Counted from the stretch's first letter, positions 20,292 to 30,433 are shown. The stretch is DNA of 55,078 nucleotides from an uncultured Porphyromonadaceae bacterium (GCA_947176205.1 CAMWPX010000001.1:1-55078); one strand, 5' to 3'. Program-made: numbers and translations. The notes: a model not told the origin generated them from the sequence alone.

Positions 20292-23042
20292 TTAATTATC
20301 CCAGGTCAGATTCCACACTGCCACACGGTCAGAATTGTTACCTGAAGCCTGTGAATAAGCGTTGTTGAGTATCTCAAGCACGAAGTCACCCTTGACAGAG
20401 CAGTTCATGGTAAATTCATAAACCTTATTCTTCTCTATAGTGTCAAGTGTTTCGGTCTGAGTAGCCACCACGCTACCGTTTTGCTTGATATTGACGGTAA
20501 ACGAGCACTTCTTTTCATTGAAAGCGAAACCGTAGTTAAGCGTTACCTTGCTTACACCACCTGTGAGAGTGGGCGAGGTAAGCGAACCCTGACGGGCAGG
20601 ACTACCGTCGATTACCAGAGCGTATGTATCGGCATCGGGCAGGAATGAATATACTGCTGAATTAGCATTGTCACCGCCACCGATAGCCAAAGCACACCAT
20701 TTAGCTACCCAACCTTCAGCTTCGCGATCGAGATAACCATTGCTCTTCTCTCCGAATATACTGAAGTTTACCGAATTGGCTCCGGGAGTAGGAGGAGTAA
20801 CAGGGTCGTCACCTCCACCTTGCGAAGTCTCGCCTGTCACTACCTCGTCTATACGATAAGTAGTGTAGTTGGAACCTGCTTCAGCAGAGTAAAGGAAACC
20901 GATATAGACAGTTCCCGAGAACTGGTCAAGTGAGAGTACGCCAGACTCTACCCAGTCTTCACTCCATGAACCTGTAGGAGAAGGTATATTGGCATTGAGT
21001 TTCGTTGCCTGTGCGGTGGCGGGATCAGCCGAAGTAAGCACATATACCTCAAGTGTGCCGTTGCCTTTATATCCTACCATCGACTTGAATGACACGGTCT
21101 TGTTTTCCATCGCGTCAACATTCAGTCCGGGCGTTATGAGCCATGACTGGAAGCCGTTGCTGCCGGCAGTCTTATTATAGCCTGTCACCTCGGCAGAGTT
21201 GTTGCTATTGTAAGTGCGGATAAACCAGCTTGCGTTACCCGAAGTCTGTATGTTGCTCCAGCCTGCGGGAATTGTAGTGCCACCTTCAAAATTCTCATTG
21301 ATTGAAGTCACCACTTCGCCTGATGGCGGAGGAGTGGGTGTGGTACCGCCTTCTATCTTATACTGGTCGGTATTCTTCACACCGGCCACACCGAAGTATG
21401 CTATAAGGTCGCCGTGGAGGTCAACTTTCTTCTTATAGTTACCGGGATTAGCCTTGAGGTTAAGAGCCGAACGAACATCACCGAAAGGCAACTGCACAGG
21501 CACACACTTGTTGTAATCGGTTTCATCAAGGCTTGTGGCTATAAGGATATTGGTTTCGCTTACGGCATCGCCTGTAGCTCCCATCACTGCGCTTGACAGC
21601 GACTTGTCGGCAACATAGCCCACAATGTAACCGCTTACCCACTGTGCGGGAGTGTTTACGCTCTTACCCATGGCAAGCACCTGAGTGGGGTTATAAGGCG
21701 AAGTCTCAGTACCGCTGCCTTCAGCTATGGGGTCACCTTCACCGCCGGGAGTGGGGGTATCGGGTATCTCCAGACCTTCGATACGGAATTCCTTGGTTGT
21801 ACCGGTATTGCCTGTGAATGCATTCATACCGATTTCAGTACCCGGAGTAGCGAGCACCCATATCTGCTTGAGATAGTTTTCAGGAACATCAAGCAAGTTG
21901 CCGTACTGACGCAAGGGTGAATCCTGAGGCAGACGCAGGAGCATTGTATTTTCGAGAGTGTTTGCCTGAGCGTTCTGACCTATGACCAAAGTATTGTTAA
22001 GCTCGGCATCAACGCCCCATACGATATTGTCGGCAGATTCCACTGTCTGTACGCCTGCTTTGAGCGAACCTACTATGTAACCGGTGTACCATGCTGACTT
22101 GGGAGTTTCCGCCTTTATCATAGCTATAGCCTCGTCCACGCTGTACGGATTGGTTTCAGAACCCTTGGGCAGAGTAGGATTGCCGAAGTTCAGCAAGTCG
22201 TCGGTAGAGCGAAGCTGCAGACGCCATTTATAACCCTCTTTATTGTTGTAGTAAGAAGTAACGATACCTACTACGTCGCCGTCGCCCTCAGGCAGCATAG
22301 TGCCCCAGAAATTAGCATAACCGCTGGTACGAACCTCTATGCTCTGATTATTGGCATCCATAAGAACTCGGTCAGTGCTTGGCACCTTATGTGCTGTACA
22401 GAATGCCACTTTACCGCCTTCTTCAAAATGTACGTTGTTAAGACGCACGAGCTGGCTCTCATATTTGAGCATTGCCTCTTTACTGTTACCCAAATCGGAG
22501 ATATTCACTGTGAGAGTATCTATCTTGGAAATCTCGGGCATGCCGTTGAGCTGACGGTGCTGCTCGAAGAATTCCGTAGGCATAAACGAAGGCTGCCAGC
22601 CGTAAGCTGCCGCATACTCCGGATAGCCGAGCTGCTGGATGGTAGAATATTTACCGATGTACATATCAGTAAGGTCCATCACTATCTCCTGACCCACGCG
22701 ATAATTCAGATACAGATTATAGCTGTAAATCGACATCTGTAGTGCCGCGGTCTCGTCCTGAATGATAAGATTGCGGAATATGTTGCCTGCGGCGTCATCT
22801 GAAATCACACGACCTGCCACTACCAGACGCTCACCGCTCTCTGTAGGGGTAATCTGCTTGATATAATTATTATCATCTTCCCAATACATAGCCTTGAGGT
22901 CAGCTATGGTGATATTAGGCGTGAGGGTAGCCACCGGCACCTCCATTTCAGGAGCGTCAAAATCGTCCTGACATGAAGTGACGGCTGCCATAGCGCCGAG
23001 CGCCACAGCCATCATACCCATATATAATTTAATTTTTCTCAT
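20292..23042 (-). CDS. Surface lipoprotein: DUF5689-like, two DUF6359-like repeats and a choice-of-anchor-J-like domain
   Basis: Lipobox AVTS-C followed by acidic QDD. TIADLK..GRVISDDAAGNIFRNLIIQDET. Two G-S/T..PY..W.GYIVG repeats. INENFEG..WLITP domain. Confidence 0.75.
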   Translation of the reverse strand: MRKIKLYMGMMAVALGAMAAVTSCQDDFDAPEMEVPVATLTPNITIADLKAMYWEDDNNYIKQITPTESGERLVVAGRVISDDAAGNIFRNLIIQDETAALQMSIYSYNLYLNYRVGQEIVMDLTDMYIGKYSTIQQLGYPEYAAAYGWQPSFMPTEFFEQHRQLNGMPEISKIDTLTVNISDLGNSKEAMLKYESQLVRLNNVHFEEGGKVAFCTAHKVPSTDRVLMDANNQSIEVRTSGYANFWGTMLPEGDGDVVGIVTSYYNNKEGYKWRLQLRSTDDLLNFGNPTLPKGSETNPYSVDEAIAMIKAETPKSAWYTGYIVGSLKAGVQTVESADNIVWGVDAELNNTLVIGQNAQANTLENTMLLRLPQDSPLRQYGNLLDVPENYLKQIWVLATPGTEIGMNAFTGNTGTTKEFRIEGLEIPDTPTPGGEGDPIAEGSGTETSPYNPTQVLAMGKSVNTPAQWVSGYIVGYVADKSLSSAVMGATGDAVSETNILIATSLDETDYNKCVPVQLPFGDVRSALNLKANPGNYKKKVDLHGDLIAYFGVAGVKNTDQYKIEGGTTPTPPPSGEVVTSINENFEGGTTIPAGWSNIQTSGNASWFIRTYNSNNSAEVTGYNKTAGSNGFQSWLITPGLNVDAMENKTVSFKSMVGYKGNGTLEVYVLTSADPATAQATKLNANIPSPTGSWSEDWVESGVLSLDQFSGTVYIGFLYSAEAGSNYTTYRIDEVVTGETSQGGGDDPVTPPTPGANSVNFSIFGEKSNGYLDREAEGWVAKWCALAIGGGDNANSAVYSFLPDADTYALVIDGSPARQGSLTSPTLTGGVSKVTLNYGFAFNEKKCSFTVNIKQNGSVVATQTETLDTIEKNKVYEFTMNCSVKGDFVLEILNNAYSQASGNNSDRVAVWNLTWDN

Positions 23043-23082
23043 ATTTTTATCTATATATAATATATGTGTGAGGAATCATTTG

Positions 23083-25212
23083 TCAGTCCACTTTTTCATA
23101 AAGTGCCGGCATATCGCCTTTCGAATCGGCATAACAGCCGTAGCTGTTATAAGTCGGATCATACTGTACGAACTTGCTTGTAGACACGTTGGTGATTTTG
23201 AATGTACCGTCAGACTGGGCCACTGCATTCCATACACTGCCTTCCACTGCAGTAGTATCAAAGTTGAATGAATTGTAAGTTCCTTTCTGATATACATATT
23301 TTCCATTTGACATAGTGATGTTATAACCACCGCTAACGGCAGTGAAAGTGTAGGCATTGGCGGCATCCACACCCGTTATCTCACCACCATTGTCAGTCAC
23401 GTCAGTCACATAAAGATAACCGTAATCACGGGTGTCGAGCAACGCACACTTACCGGAAGCCACAATCAGATACTGCTTGCCTGAGGTGATGGCGGTAACC
23501 TTACGGAATGTAGAGCCGGCAGCGGGAGGATTCTCTGAAGCAGCTCCCCATGCATACTCGGTCACACTCTTTATACCTGCGGCACCGAAATATTTTTCCA
23601 GATTACCTTTCAGTGTTATCTTCTTGCCAAGATTATCGGTATTGTCAACAAGATTCACCGCATCACGGACCGCACCGGCAGGAAGCTGTACGGGCACACA
23701 CTTGGTGATATCGGTCTCACCGGCTGTAGCAGCGATAAGGATATTGGTCTTGAGCGCGAACGGACCTGCAAATGCGGCATCGCTGATTGACTTATCGTTG
23801 ATGGCACCTACTATATATCCGGTGCTCCATACGGCAGTACCGGTGGCACCGCCGAGAATCTGAGCCACATCATAGGGCTTATCAGCCGTTCCGTCGCCAT
23901 CACCTGCGGGAGGAGTAGGTACATCGGGAGTGGTACCGCTTTCATTTCCTTTGTCACCCCAAGCATAGAGAGATACTGACTTCAAGCCTGCAGAACCGAA
24001 ATATGTTTCAAGTGAACCTTTGAGAGTAACCTGCTTCTGATAGTTGCCGGGGTTGTCCTGAAGGTTGAGCGCGTCGCGGATAGTTCCTGTAGGAAGCTGC
24101 ACAGGTATGCACTGAGCCACCTCGGTCACATCGGGTGATGCGGCGAGAAGCAGATTGGTCTTCACTGAAGCCGAGCCATTGAAATTAGCTCCGGTCGAGA
24201 GTACCTGACCGTCAATCCAGCCTACTATATAGCCGGTAACCCAAGCCTCACCTGTAGCGCCTGCCAATACCGAGCTTACGCTGTAGGGGTCATCGGCTGT
24301 TCCTTCACCGACTACTTGAGGAGCATAGCTTTCGCCACCGAAGTCCACACAATCGGAAGGCAACTGGAAGAGAAGCTGCCATGTACCGTTGAACTGGCTG
24401 AGGATAGCCGTGATGTCACCGTGACCTGCGGGAAGAGGCTGATCCACGAAATCCGACAGATTGCTGTTACGCACAGTGATTTTGTTGCCCTGAGCGTCGA
24501 TAAGATAACGTGATTCGGCAGTAGAAGAGGTTCCTACTATACCCCAGTTTTCCGTACCACCGCCTATCCACGATACATCTTTGATGCTCACTCTACGGCT
24601 CTGCAGACGCTGCTGGTCCTCAACTGAAGTAGCAGCAAGAAGCTCGGGAATAGTCATCTCGATAGCTGTCACTTTCGACAAATCAGGCAGACCGTTGAGA
24701 TAAGTATGGTCAAGGAATGTCTGTGACTCCATGCGGTCAGTCTGCGGAGTACCGTTGTACTCGCCGGCAGCGCCAAGCTGAAATAGACCGGCATATTTGC
24801 CTGCATACAGACCGGTAACATTGATATAAAATTCTTCACCTACCTTATATTTAGTATAAAGGTGAGGAAGAACACCGGTTGAATTGGTAGTTTTCACCGA
24901 TACGGTAAGAGCATCGGTGGCATCTTCAAACACAAGAGTCTGATAGATATTACCACCTTCGTCATTGGCGATAATGCGACCTGAAAGGATTATATCCTCG
25001 CCGTCGTCGGTCTTACCGACTTCAGTGCAGTAATTTGTTTCAGCCGACCAGTATTTAGCTTTGAAATCGGCTATGGTAGTGTTGGCGACAATACCTTCAG
25101 GAAGTGTAGGTATGTTAAGTGGCGGAACGGCAAGCTCCTCATCGCAGCTTGTCAGGGCTACTGATGAAACCGCAAGAGCCATACACGCCAACAGTGATTT
25201 ATATAATTTCAT
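23083..25212 (-). CDS. Surface lipoprotein: DUF5689-like, two DUF6359-like repeats and a C-terminal beta domain
   Basis: Lipobox ALTS-C-DEE. TIADFK..GRIIANDEGGNIYQTLVFED. Internal repeats GEGTADDPYSV and GDGTADKPYDV. Confidence 0.75.
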   Translation of the reverse strand: MKLYKSLLACMALAVSSVALTSCDEELAVPPLNIPTLPEGIVANTTIADFKAKYWSAETNYCTEVGKTDDGEDIILSGRIIANDEGGNIYQTLVFEDATDALTVSVKTTNSTGVLPHLYTKYKVGEEFYINVTGLYAGKYAGLFQLGAAGEYNGTPQTDRMESQTFLDHTYLNGLPDLSKVTAIEMTIPELLAATSVEDQQRLQSRRVSIKDVSWIGGGTENWGIVGTSSTAESRYLIDAQGNKITVRNSNLSDFVDQPLPAGHGDITAILSQFNGTWQLLFQLPSDCVDFGGESYAPQVVGEGTADDPYSVSSVLAGATGEAWVTGYIVGWIDGQVLSTGANFNGSASVKTNLLLAASPDVTEVAQCIPVQLPTGTIRDALNLQDNPGNYQKQVTLKGSLETYFGSAGLKSVSLYAWGDKGNESGTTPDVPTPPAGDGDGTADKPYDVAQILGGATGTAVWSTGYIVGAINDKSISDAAFAGPFALKTNILIAATAGETDITKCVPVQLPAGAVRDAVNLVDNTDNLGKKITLKGNLEKYFGAAGIKSVTEYAWGAASENPPAAGSTFRKVTAITSGKQYLIVASGKCALLDTRDYGYLYVTDVTDNGGEITGVDAANAYTFTAVSGGYNITMSNGKYVYQKGTYNSFNFDTTAVEGSVWNAVAQSDGTFKITNVSTSKFVQYDPTYNSYGCYADSKGDMPALYEKVD
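23546..24309 (-). repeat. Tandem duplication of a ~118-aa domain within the lipoprotein
   Basis: Units at about 24309-23956 and 23898-23546 share GTAD.PY.V, W.TGYIVG, KTN.L.AA, C.PVQLP.G..RDA.NL.DN, TLKG.LE.YFG.AG.KSV..YAWG. Confidence 0.85.
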
Positions 25213-25259
25213 TTGTTGCTGATTTATAATCGTTAGTAATGTATTTACAACTCTTCGGG

Positions 25260-28016
25260 TTAGAATTTAAGACCCACATTGACAAACACCTTGATACCCT
25301 GAGCGAAATAGTACTTGTTGGCGTATTTCTCACGGGTAAAGTTTGTATAGTCGAAACGACCCTGCTGATAACCATATGTCATTATGTTTTTACGGTTGAG
25401 GATATTATCGACATTGAGGTTGATATTCAGACTCATCGTACGGTTAAGGTATATCATCTTACCGATAGAGGCGTTGAGTGTGAAAGCGTTGTTGAGTTTC
25501 TCTTCACCAGTTATGCCCTTAACAGCCTGCTCAAGCGAAGCAGCGTCGGGATACATGGTCCATAGGTTTTCGAGCGACTCATGACGAATCGGTGAAAGAT
25601 TCACATAGCTGTCACCCATCCATGTGGCGTTAACATTGAAGAACCACATCTTAGGTGCAGCCCAGTCAAGACCGATAGTGGCAGCTTTCTGAGGAGTACC
25701 ACCTATATGATAATTCTTTATAAACGCCTGCGCTTCGCGGTCAGGTTGAGTATTATTTTCGTATGAACGCACGCCCATAGGATTGTTTTTGTAACGGTAG
25801 CTTGCTATGGTACCGGCAGCTGAAAGTGTCAGGCTCGGGATAATCTTGAACGCCATACCGAGTTCCACACCCATGTAGTTCTGCTTTACACCTTTGAGCA
25901 CATAGTTCATGAATGTCTGATTCAAATCATCATAAAAAGCTGTACGCTCGGTAACGTCATACATATTGGTATAGAATCCGCTGATTGAACCGCGGAAACG
26001 GCGGTAGTTCCAGTTATAGGCGAGGTCCACTGACAGCACTCGGGTGCTCTTGAGTCCATCGACCACGTCATCTTTCACGCGGGGTGAGATGTAAGCGCTC
26101 TCAAACAGAGGTGCGCGAGAACCGTACTGAACGTTGAGCGTAAAGGAGTTGCGACCATTGAGCTTATATGTGAAACCAGCTTTTACCGCACCGTTGTCAA
26201 AGCTGTGTGTAGCGCCTCTGCCAAACGAATTATGAGGAGCACGACCGTTCTGCATGTGACCGTCACGGTAGTATGTGGTATATGACAGTTCGAGACCGTA
26301 GTTGATATCCCAGTGAGGAAGCGTAATCATGTTCTGCAACCATGCACGGGCCTGCACGGCATTGATATAATAGTTATAGCCGAAGATATCACCTTCCTGC
26401 ACCTTGCGGTTGGGGTCCATAAGGTTGTTCTGAAGCATATTGGGGTCAGCGGGGAAGTCGCGCTCCGAGAAGGGGTCGACGTCAAGCCAGAATTCACCGC
26501 CGAGAAGGTCACGTACAGTCTTGAAATAATGAGCCGATGTATAGTTGACCGTCACACCGCCCTGCATGGTCGAATGCTCGTTGAAGCGATGGTTGAACAC
26601 GGTATTGAAGATGAAATTTTCCTGATTGGAGTTACGGTCTTCAAGTATATAGGTAGAACCTTTCTTTGAAGCCCCGGGATTTTGAGCGTTGTAATAATTG
26701 TTGAGGTAGTTGGCGTGATAGAGAGCATCCCAGTCAATCTGACGGAAAGACTCATCGGTTTTCCACAACTCGGTGTAGTAGTCATATTTAGCTTCATTGT
26801 CGCTCCAATATGACGGGAGATTACGATAATAGTCAGGTTTGGGGTCATTTGCATTGTTCCACTGGAAAGCCGATGATGAATAATGAGTCCAACGGGCGGC
26901 AAAACCGGTGTTGACCGTAGTATTCTTAGAGGGTTTCCATACCCAGTTGAGGATGAATGTGGGGTCGTAGGTATTGACTATGCGCGAGCTGCGTTTCTTA
27001 CCGTTCTGCCAGCCCCATGCGGGGTTATAGAGATTGTCGCCTGCAAGGTCGTAAGCCTCAAGGAAAGTGGCAGGATTGGTAGCACGCTCGGTAGGTGCAC
27101 CGTAGGTGGTAAATGACAACGAATGCTTATCGTTAATCTGTTTTTCCACCGACAGGAAATAACCACCGGAATTGTAGAACGTACCGGGTATCACACCTTC
27201 GTTGGCGTAACGTCCGACAGCACCTACTGTCAACCCCCAGCCATGCTTGTTGATACCGGTTGAGTAAAGAGCCATGGCACGGAGCATATAAGCGGCATTG
27301 GTATATGATACCGAACCATAGAATCCGGGAGCATAGCTGTCAGCCATAGTGTTTACGTTGGAGCTGCCGCCTATACTTCCGAAGCCGTATGTGCTTGCGT
27401 TCATACCCATGGTAGTGGTACGGTTACGGAACGCACGGTTCATACCGCCGAAAGAACTGTAATTAAATCTGCCGCGGGCGAGGTCGTTGAAAGGAATACC
27501 ATTGACATAAGTGGTATTGAAGAACGAATCATAACCGCGAACGCGGAAACGCATCAGGCTGAAGTTATAGCTTGCGGCATTGTTGAAGATGTTGTCGCTG
27601 CTGCCGGTAAGCACATTCACATTCTGCGCGTTACCCTCTTCATCCTCAATCACGTTCTGGTCGAAAAGAAGTTCCTGCGATGTCTCCGAATAGCTGCTCG
27701 CCGCATTCTGTGACATAACTATACCCACATTACCCATAGAAGTAATGGTCTCGGTGATGGTCACAGGCTGATTCAAATCATCGTAGCCATAGGCGGCGAT
27801 GGATATCACATCGTTGCCCGGAGTGATTTTATCAATCACAAAGGTACCGTCGGGTCCGGTCATAGCCACCGCTCCCCGGTCATTGAGCATGACAGCGGCA
27901 CCCGCTACAGGCACACCCGTGGAGGAATCGACCACCACGCCGCGCAGCCCCGACTGTTGCGCTAAGCCGGGCAACGCTACTGTCAATAACGTTAGAAGAA
28001 ATAATTTAATTCTCAT
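25260..28016 (-). CDS. TonB-dependent outer-membrane receptor (non-SusC type)
   Basis: Signal peptide, N-terminal CarboxypepD-like domain, plug (FRVRGYD..YVNGIPFND..GSIGGSSNV), beta-barrel ending VNVGLKF. No SusD neighbour. Confidence 0.88.
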   Translation of the reverse strand: MRIKLFLLTLLTVALPGLAQQSGLRGVVVDSSTGVPVAGAAVMLNDRGAVAMTGPDGTFVIDKITPGNDVISIAAYGYDDLNQPVTITETITSMGNVGIVMSQNAASSYSETSQELLFDQNVIEDEEGNAQNVNVLTGSSDNIFNNAASYNFSLMRFRVRGYDSFFNTTYVNGIPFNDLARGRFNYSSFGGMNRAFRNRTTTMGMNASTYGFGSIGGSSNVNTMADSYAPGFYGSVSYTNAAYMLRAMALYSTGINKHGWGLTVGAVGRYANEGVIPGTFYNSGGYFLSVEKQINDKHSLSFTTYGAPTERATNPATFLEAYDLAGDNLYNPAWGWQNGKKRSSRIVNTYDPTFILNWVWKPSKNTTVNTGFAARWTHYSSSAFQWNNANDPKPDYYRNLPSYWSDNEAKYDYYTELWKTDESFRQIDWDALYHANYLNNYYNAQNPGASKKGSTYILEDRNSNQENFIFNTVFNHRFNEHSTMQGGVTVNYTSAHYFKTVRDLLGGEFWLDVDPFSERDFPADPNMLQNNLMDPNRKVQEGDIFGYNYYINAVQARAWLQNMITLPHWDINYGLELSYTTYYRDGHMQNGRAPHNSFGRGATHSFDNGAVKAGFTYKLNGRNSFTLNVQYGSRAPLFESAYISPRVKDDVVDGLKSTRVLSVDLAYNWNYRRFRGSISGFYTNMYDVTERTAFYDDLNQTFMNYVLKGVKQNYMGVELGMAFKIIPSLTLSAAGTIASYRYKNNPMGVRSYENNTQPDREAQAFIKNYHIGGTPQKAATIGLDWAAPKMWFFNVNATWMGDSYVNLSPIRHESLENLWTMYPDAASLEQAVKGITGEEKLNNAFTLNASIGKMIYLNRTMSLNINLNVDNILNRKNIMTYGYQQGRFDYTNFTREKYANKYYFAQGIKVFVNVGLKF

Positions 28017-28212
28017 AAGAACCTTTTTGAAAGTTGGTTATTGATGGTTAATATATTGATTTATTATTATTTACATAGCACTTTACACACCCGTATGCCA
28101 CATGCTCCAGCCATAATGACCATACATGTGTCATCGCGATTGATTACAAGTCTCCAAAATTAACTATAAATAACGAAATAAAGCCCCATTTGCACACTTT
28201 TTTTCATTTCCG

Positions 28213-28236
28213 GATATGTTAAACCGATATGTTAAA
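28213..28236. repeat. Direct repeat GATATGTTAAA x2 between divergent promoters
   Basis: Exact 11-mers at 28213-28223 and 28226-28236. Confidence 0.6.
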
Positions 28237-28357
28237 ATCCTTATGGGAAAATACGGAAAAGCATTTTGCCGACACATTTTTTTAGAGATTGAAAGATATT
28301 GTATAATTTTACAGCAACTAATCTAACTGTTTTAACCATTCTATACCTGCTCTGAAA

Positions 28358-29410
28358 ATGAGAAATCGTATCCTTACACTTGCAGTGACCCTTTTAGCCA
28401 TAGCCGGCACCTGCTTTGCCCAGCAATACCAATCGTTCGGCGTAGCTTTCTACAATCTCGAAAACCTCTTCGATACCATCCCCAACAATCCGCTCGGTCG
28501 CGACCTCGAATATACACCCCGCGGACAGAAACAGTGGGGTACAAAACAATATCGTAACAAACTCGCCAATCTGGCGCAGACTATAGCCGCCATGACCACA
28601 CAGACCACTCCCATCGGACCGGCTGTGATTGGTGTATCGGAAATCGAAAACAAAACCGTACTCGATGACCTTGTCAAAGAACCCGCTATAAAAAAATGGA
28701 TGCTTCAGGTGGTTCACCACGATTCACCCGACAAACGTGGCGTTGACGTGGGTCTGCTTTACAATCCCCGCCTGTTCAAGTTCATCGATGTAACCAACCA
28801 TCGCCTCGTGATACCCCGCGAAGGATTTGAAAATTTCCGCACACGCGACCAGATGTGTGTGACCGGCATACTCGGAGGTGACACCGTCAGCATAATCGTA
28901 AACCACTGGCCCTCTCGTCTGGGCGGACAAGAGCAGTCATCACATCTGCGTGAAGCTGCTGCTGCCCTAAGCAAGCACATAGCCGACTCTTTGTGGGCAA
29001 TACGCCCCAACCAAGGTGTGATAATAATGGGTGACCTCAACGATGACCCGCAGGACAAATCTTGTGCCAACGTACTCGGCGCTAAGAAAAAAGCCGCCGA
29101 TGTAGAACCACACGGATTTTATAACCCTTGGTGGAAAATGCTCGATGACGGTATCGGAACTCTCGCTTACAAAGGCTCCTGGAATCTGTTTGACCAGATT
29201 ATCGTGAGCGGTACCCTGCTCAAACCGCATGTACCTGCCGGAGGTGTATATTACTGGAAGTGTCAGGTCAACAGTTTTGAATTCCTCAAGGACACCGAAG
29301 GCAATCGCGCCGGTTATCCCCGCCGCACTTACGCCGGCGGTATATGGCTCAACGGTTATTCTGACCACTTCCCCACAGAAATCTTCCTCCTCAAAGAAGT
29401 CAACAACTGA
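28358..29410 (+). CDS. Secreted endonuclease/exonuclease/phosphatase (EEP) family nuclease
   Basis: Signal peptide. FYNLENLFD, GVSEIEN, NHWPSR, MGDLNDDP, FDQI, GYSDHFP. Confidence 0.92.
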   Translation: MRNRILTLAVTLLAIAGTCFAQQYQSFGVAFYNLENLFDTIPNNPLGRDLEYTPRGQKQWGTKQYRNKLANLAQTIAAMTTQTTPIGPAVIGVSEIENKTVLDDLVKEPAIKKWMLQVVHHDSPDKRGVDVGLLYNPRLFKFIDVTNHRLVIPREGFENFRTRDQMCVTGILGGDTVSIIVNHWPSRLGGQEQSSHLREAAAALSKHIADSLWAIRPNQGVIIMGDLNDDPQDKSCANVLGAKKKAADVEPHGFYNPWWKMLDDGIGTLAYKGSWNLFDQIIVSGTLLKPHVPAGGVYYWKCQVNSFEFLKDTEGNRAGYPRRTYAGGIWLNGYSDHFPTEIFLLKEVNN

Positions 29411-29478
29411 CCCGCAGCATACAACTAAATCCACTTATATTCTGGGGCTTATTTATTTAAGACTCAATGTTAAAATAA

Positions 29479-29510
29479 TTCGGGGCGGCTTTTCTCAAAG
29501 GCGCCCCGAA
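29479..29510. terminator. Hairpin between convergent EEP and sigma genes
   Basis: TTCGGGGCG..CGCCCCGAA with inner CTTT/AAAG pairing. Confidence 0.7.
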
Positions 29511-29639
29511 AAATTATCATCTCTTTATTTTTTATTTTCGCAATTATGATTTTTCTGTGTGTGTTTTCTTCTTGGTATTGCTTTATTGTAACTAAGATTA
29601 ATTGACTTCTGATATAAAGTGGAGAGAGGAGAAGCGTAA

Positions 29640-30143
29640 TCAGCAGTAGTCGCTGAAACGTGACTGTAATTTCTGACGTACGTTGAATATACGGCTTTTA
29701 ACTGTGCCCAGGGCGAGATTCATCTTTTCTGCAATCTCAGGATAGCTGTAGCCTGAGATGAACATCGAGAAGGGAATGCGATAGATATCGGGAAACTCGT
29801 TAAGTGCGCTTACTACCTCGGAAGCGGTATAAGAAGATTCGGGTGACTCTACGCCGGGTTCCTGAGAGAGATTGATGTAGTATTCATCGTCAGTGCTATC
29901 CATAATCACTGAAGCACGTGAGGTCTTACGATAGTTGTTGATAAATATATTACGCATTATGGTCAGTGCCCAACCCTTGAAGTTGGTGTCCTGAGTATAT
30001 TTGTCTTTGTTTTCAATTATTTTCAGTGCTGTATCCTGAACCAAATCATAAGCGTCTTCACGGTTAGAGGTCAGACGATATGCAAAGCTGAATAATTTCT
30101 CTTGAATAGAAGCAAAATTGTATTGAACGGTAGCAGTTTCCAT
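29640..30143 (-). CDS. ECF-type RNA polymerase sigma-70 factor
   Basis: DAYDLVQDT, NFKGWALTIMRNIFINNYR, GYSYPEIAEKMNLALGTVKSRI. Confidence 0.93.
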   Translation of the reverse strand: METATVQYNFASIQEKLFSFAYRLTSNREDAYDLVQDTALKIIENKDKYTQDTNFKGWALTIMRNIFINNYRKTSRASVIMDSTDDEYYINLSQEPGVESPESSYTASEVVSALNEFPDIYRIPFSMFISGYSYPEIAEKMNLALGTVKSRIFNVRQKLQSRFSDYC

Positions 30144-30433
30144 AAGAGTAATTTTTAATGTGATAACTTTTTATGATCTGAGTTTGAGATTGGTTTCGTT
30201 TGATTGACATTGCAAAATTACGGAGAAAATAAAAAAATCAAGCGTTTTAAGGTTAAAGAAAGTTAATCTGATTACATAGTTGTTACATCACTTTGCATGC
30301 CACTGATTATCAGGCTGTGAAAAGTTCGCTCTGATTTTACAAAAAAAAGAATTAAATTTGCATGCATCATTTGGGGCTCTTGAGTTGTTAATACATAAAG
30401 TCTCAATTAATAATCACTTAACACGTAAATTAT

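Noticed and set aside
23076-23863. Alternative-frame and antisense ORFs within the 709-aa lipoprotein
   Set aside because: Almost entirely nested in a well-supported gene, with no recognisable features.
28075-28150. Purine riboswitch resemblance (TATGG..GTAAA) in the receptor leader
   Set aside because: It lacks the CCGTAAA loop, the TTTCTAC junction and the P2/P3 stems. Kept only as a generic structured leader.
30295-30320. CTGATTATCAG near-palindrome upstream of rbfA as a possible att site
   Set aside because: A short motif frequent in Bacteroidales intergenic DNA, with no integrase or composition shift nearby.
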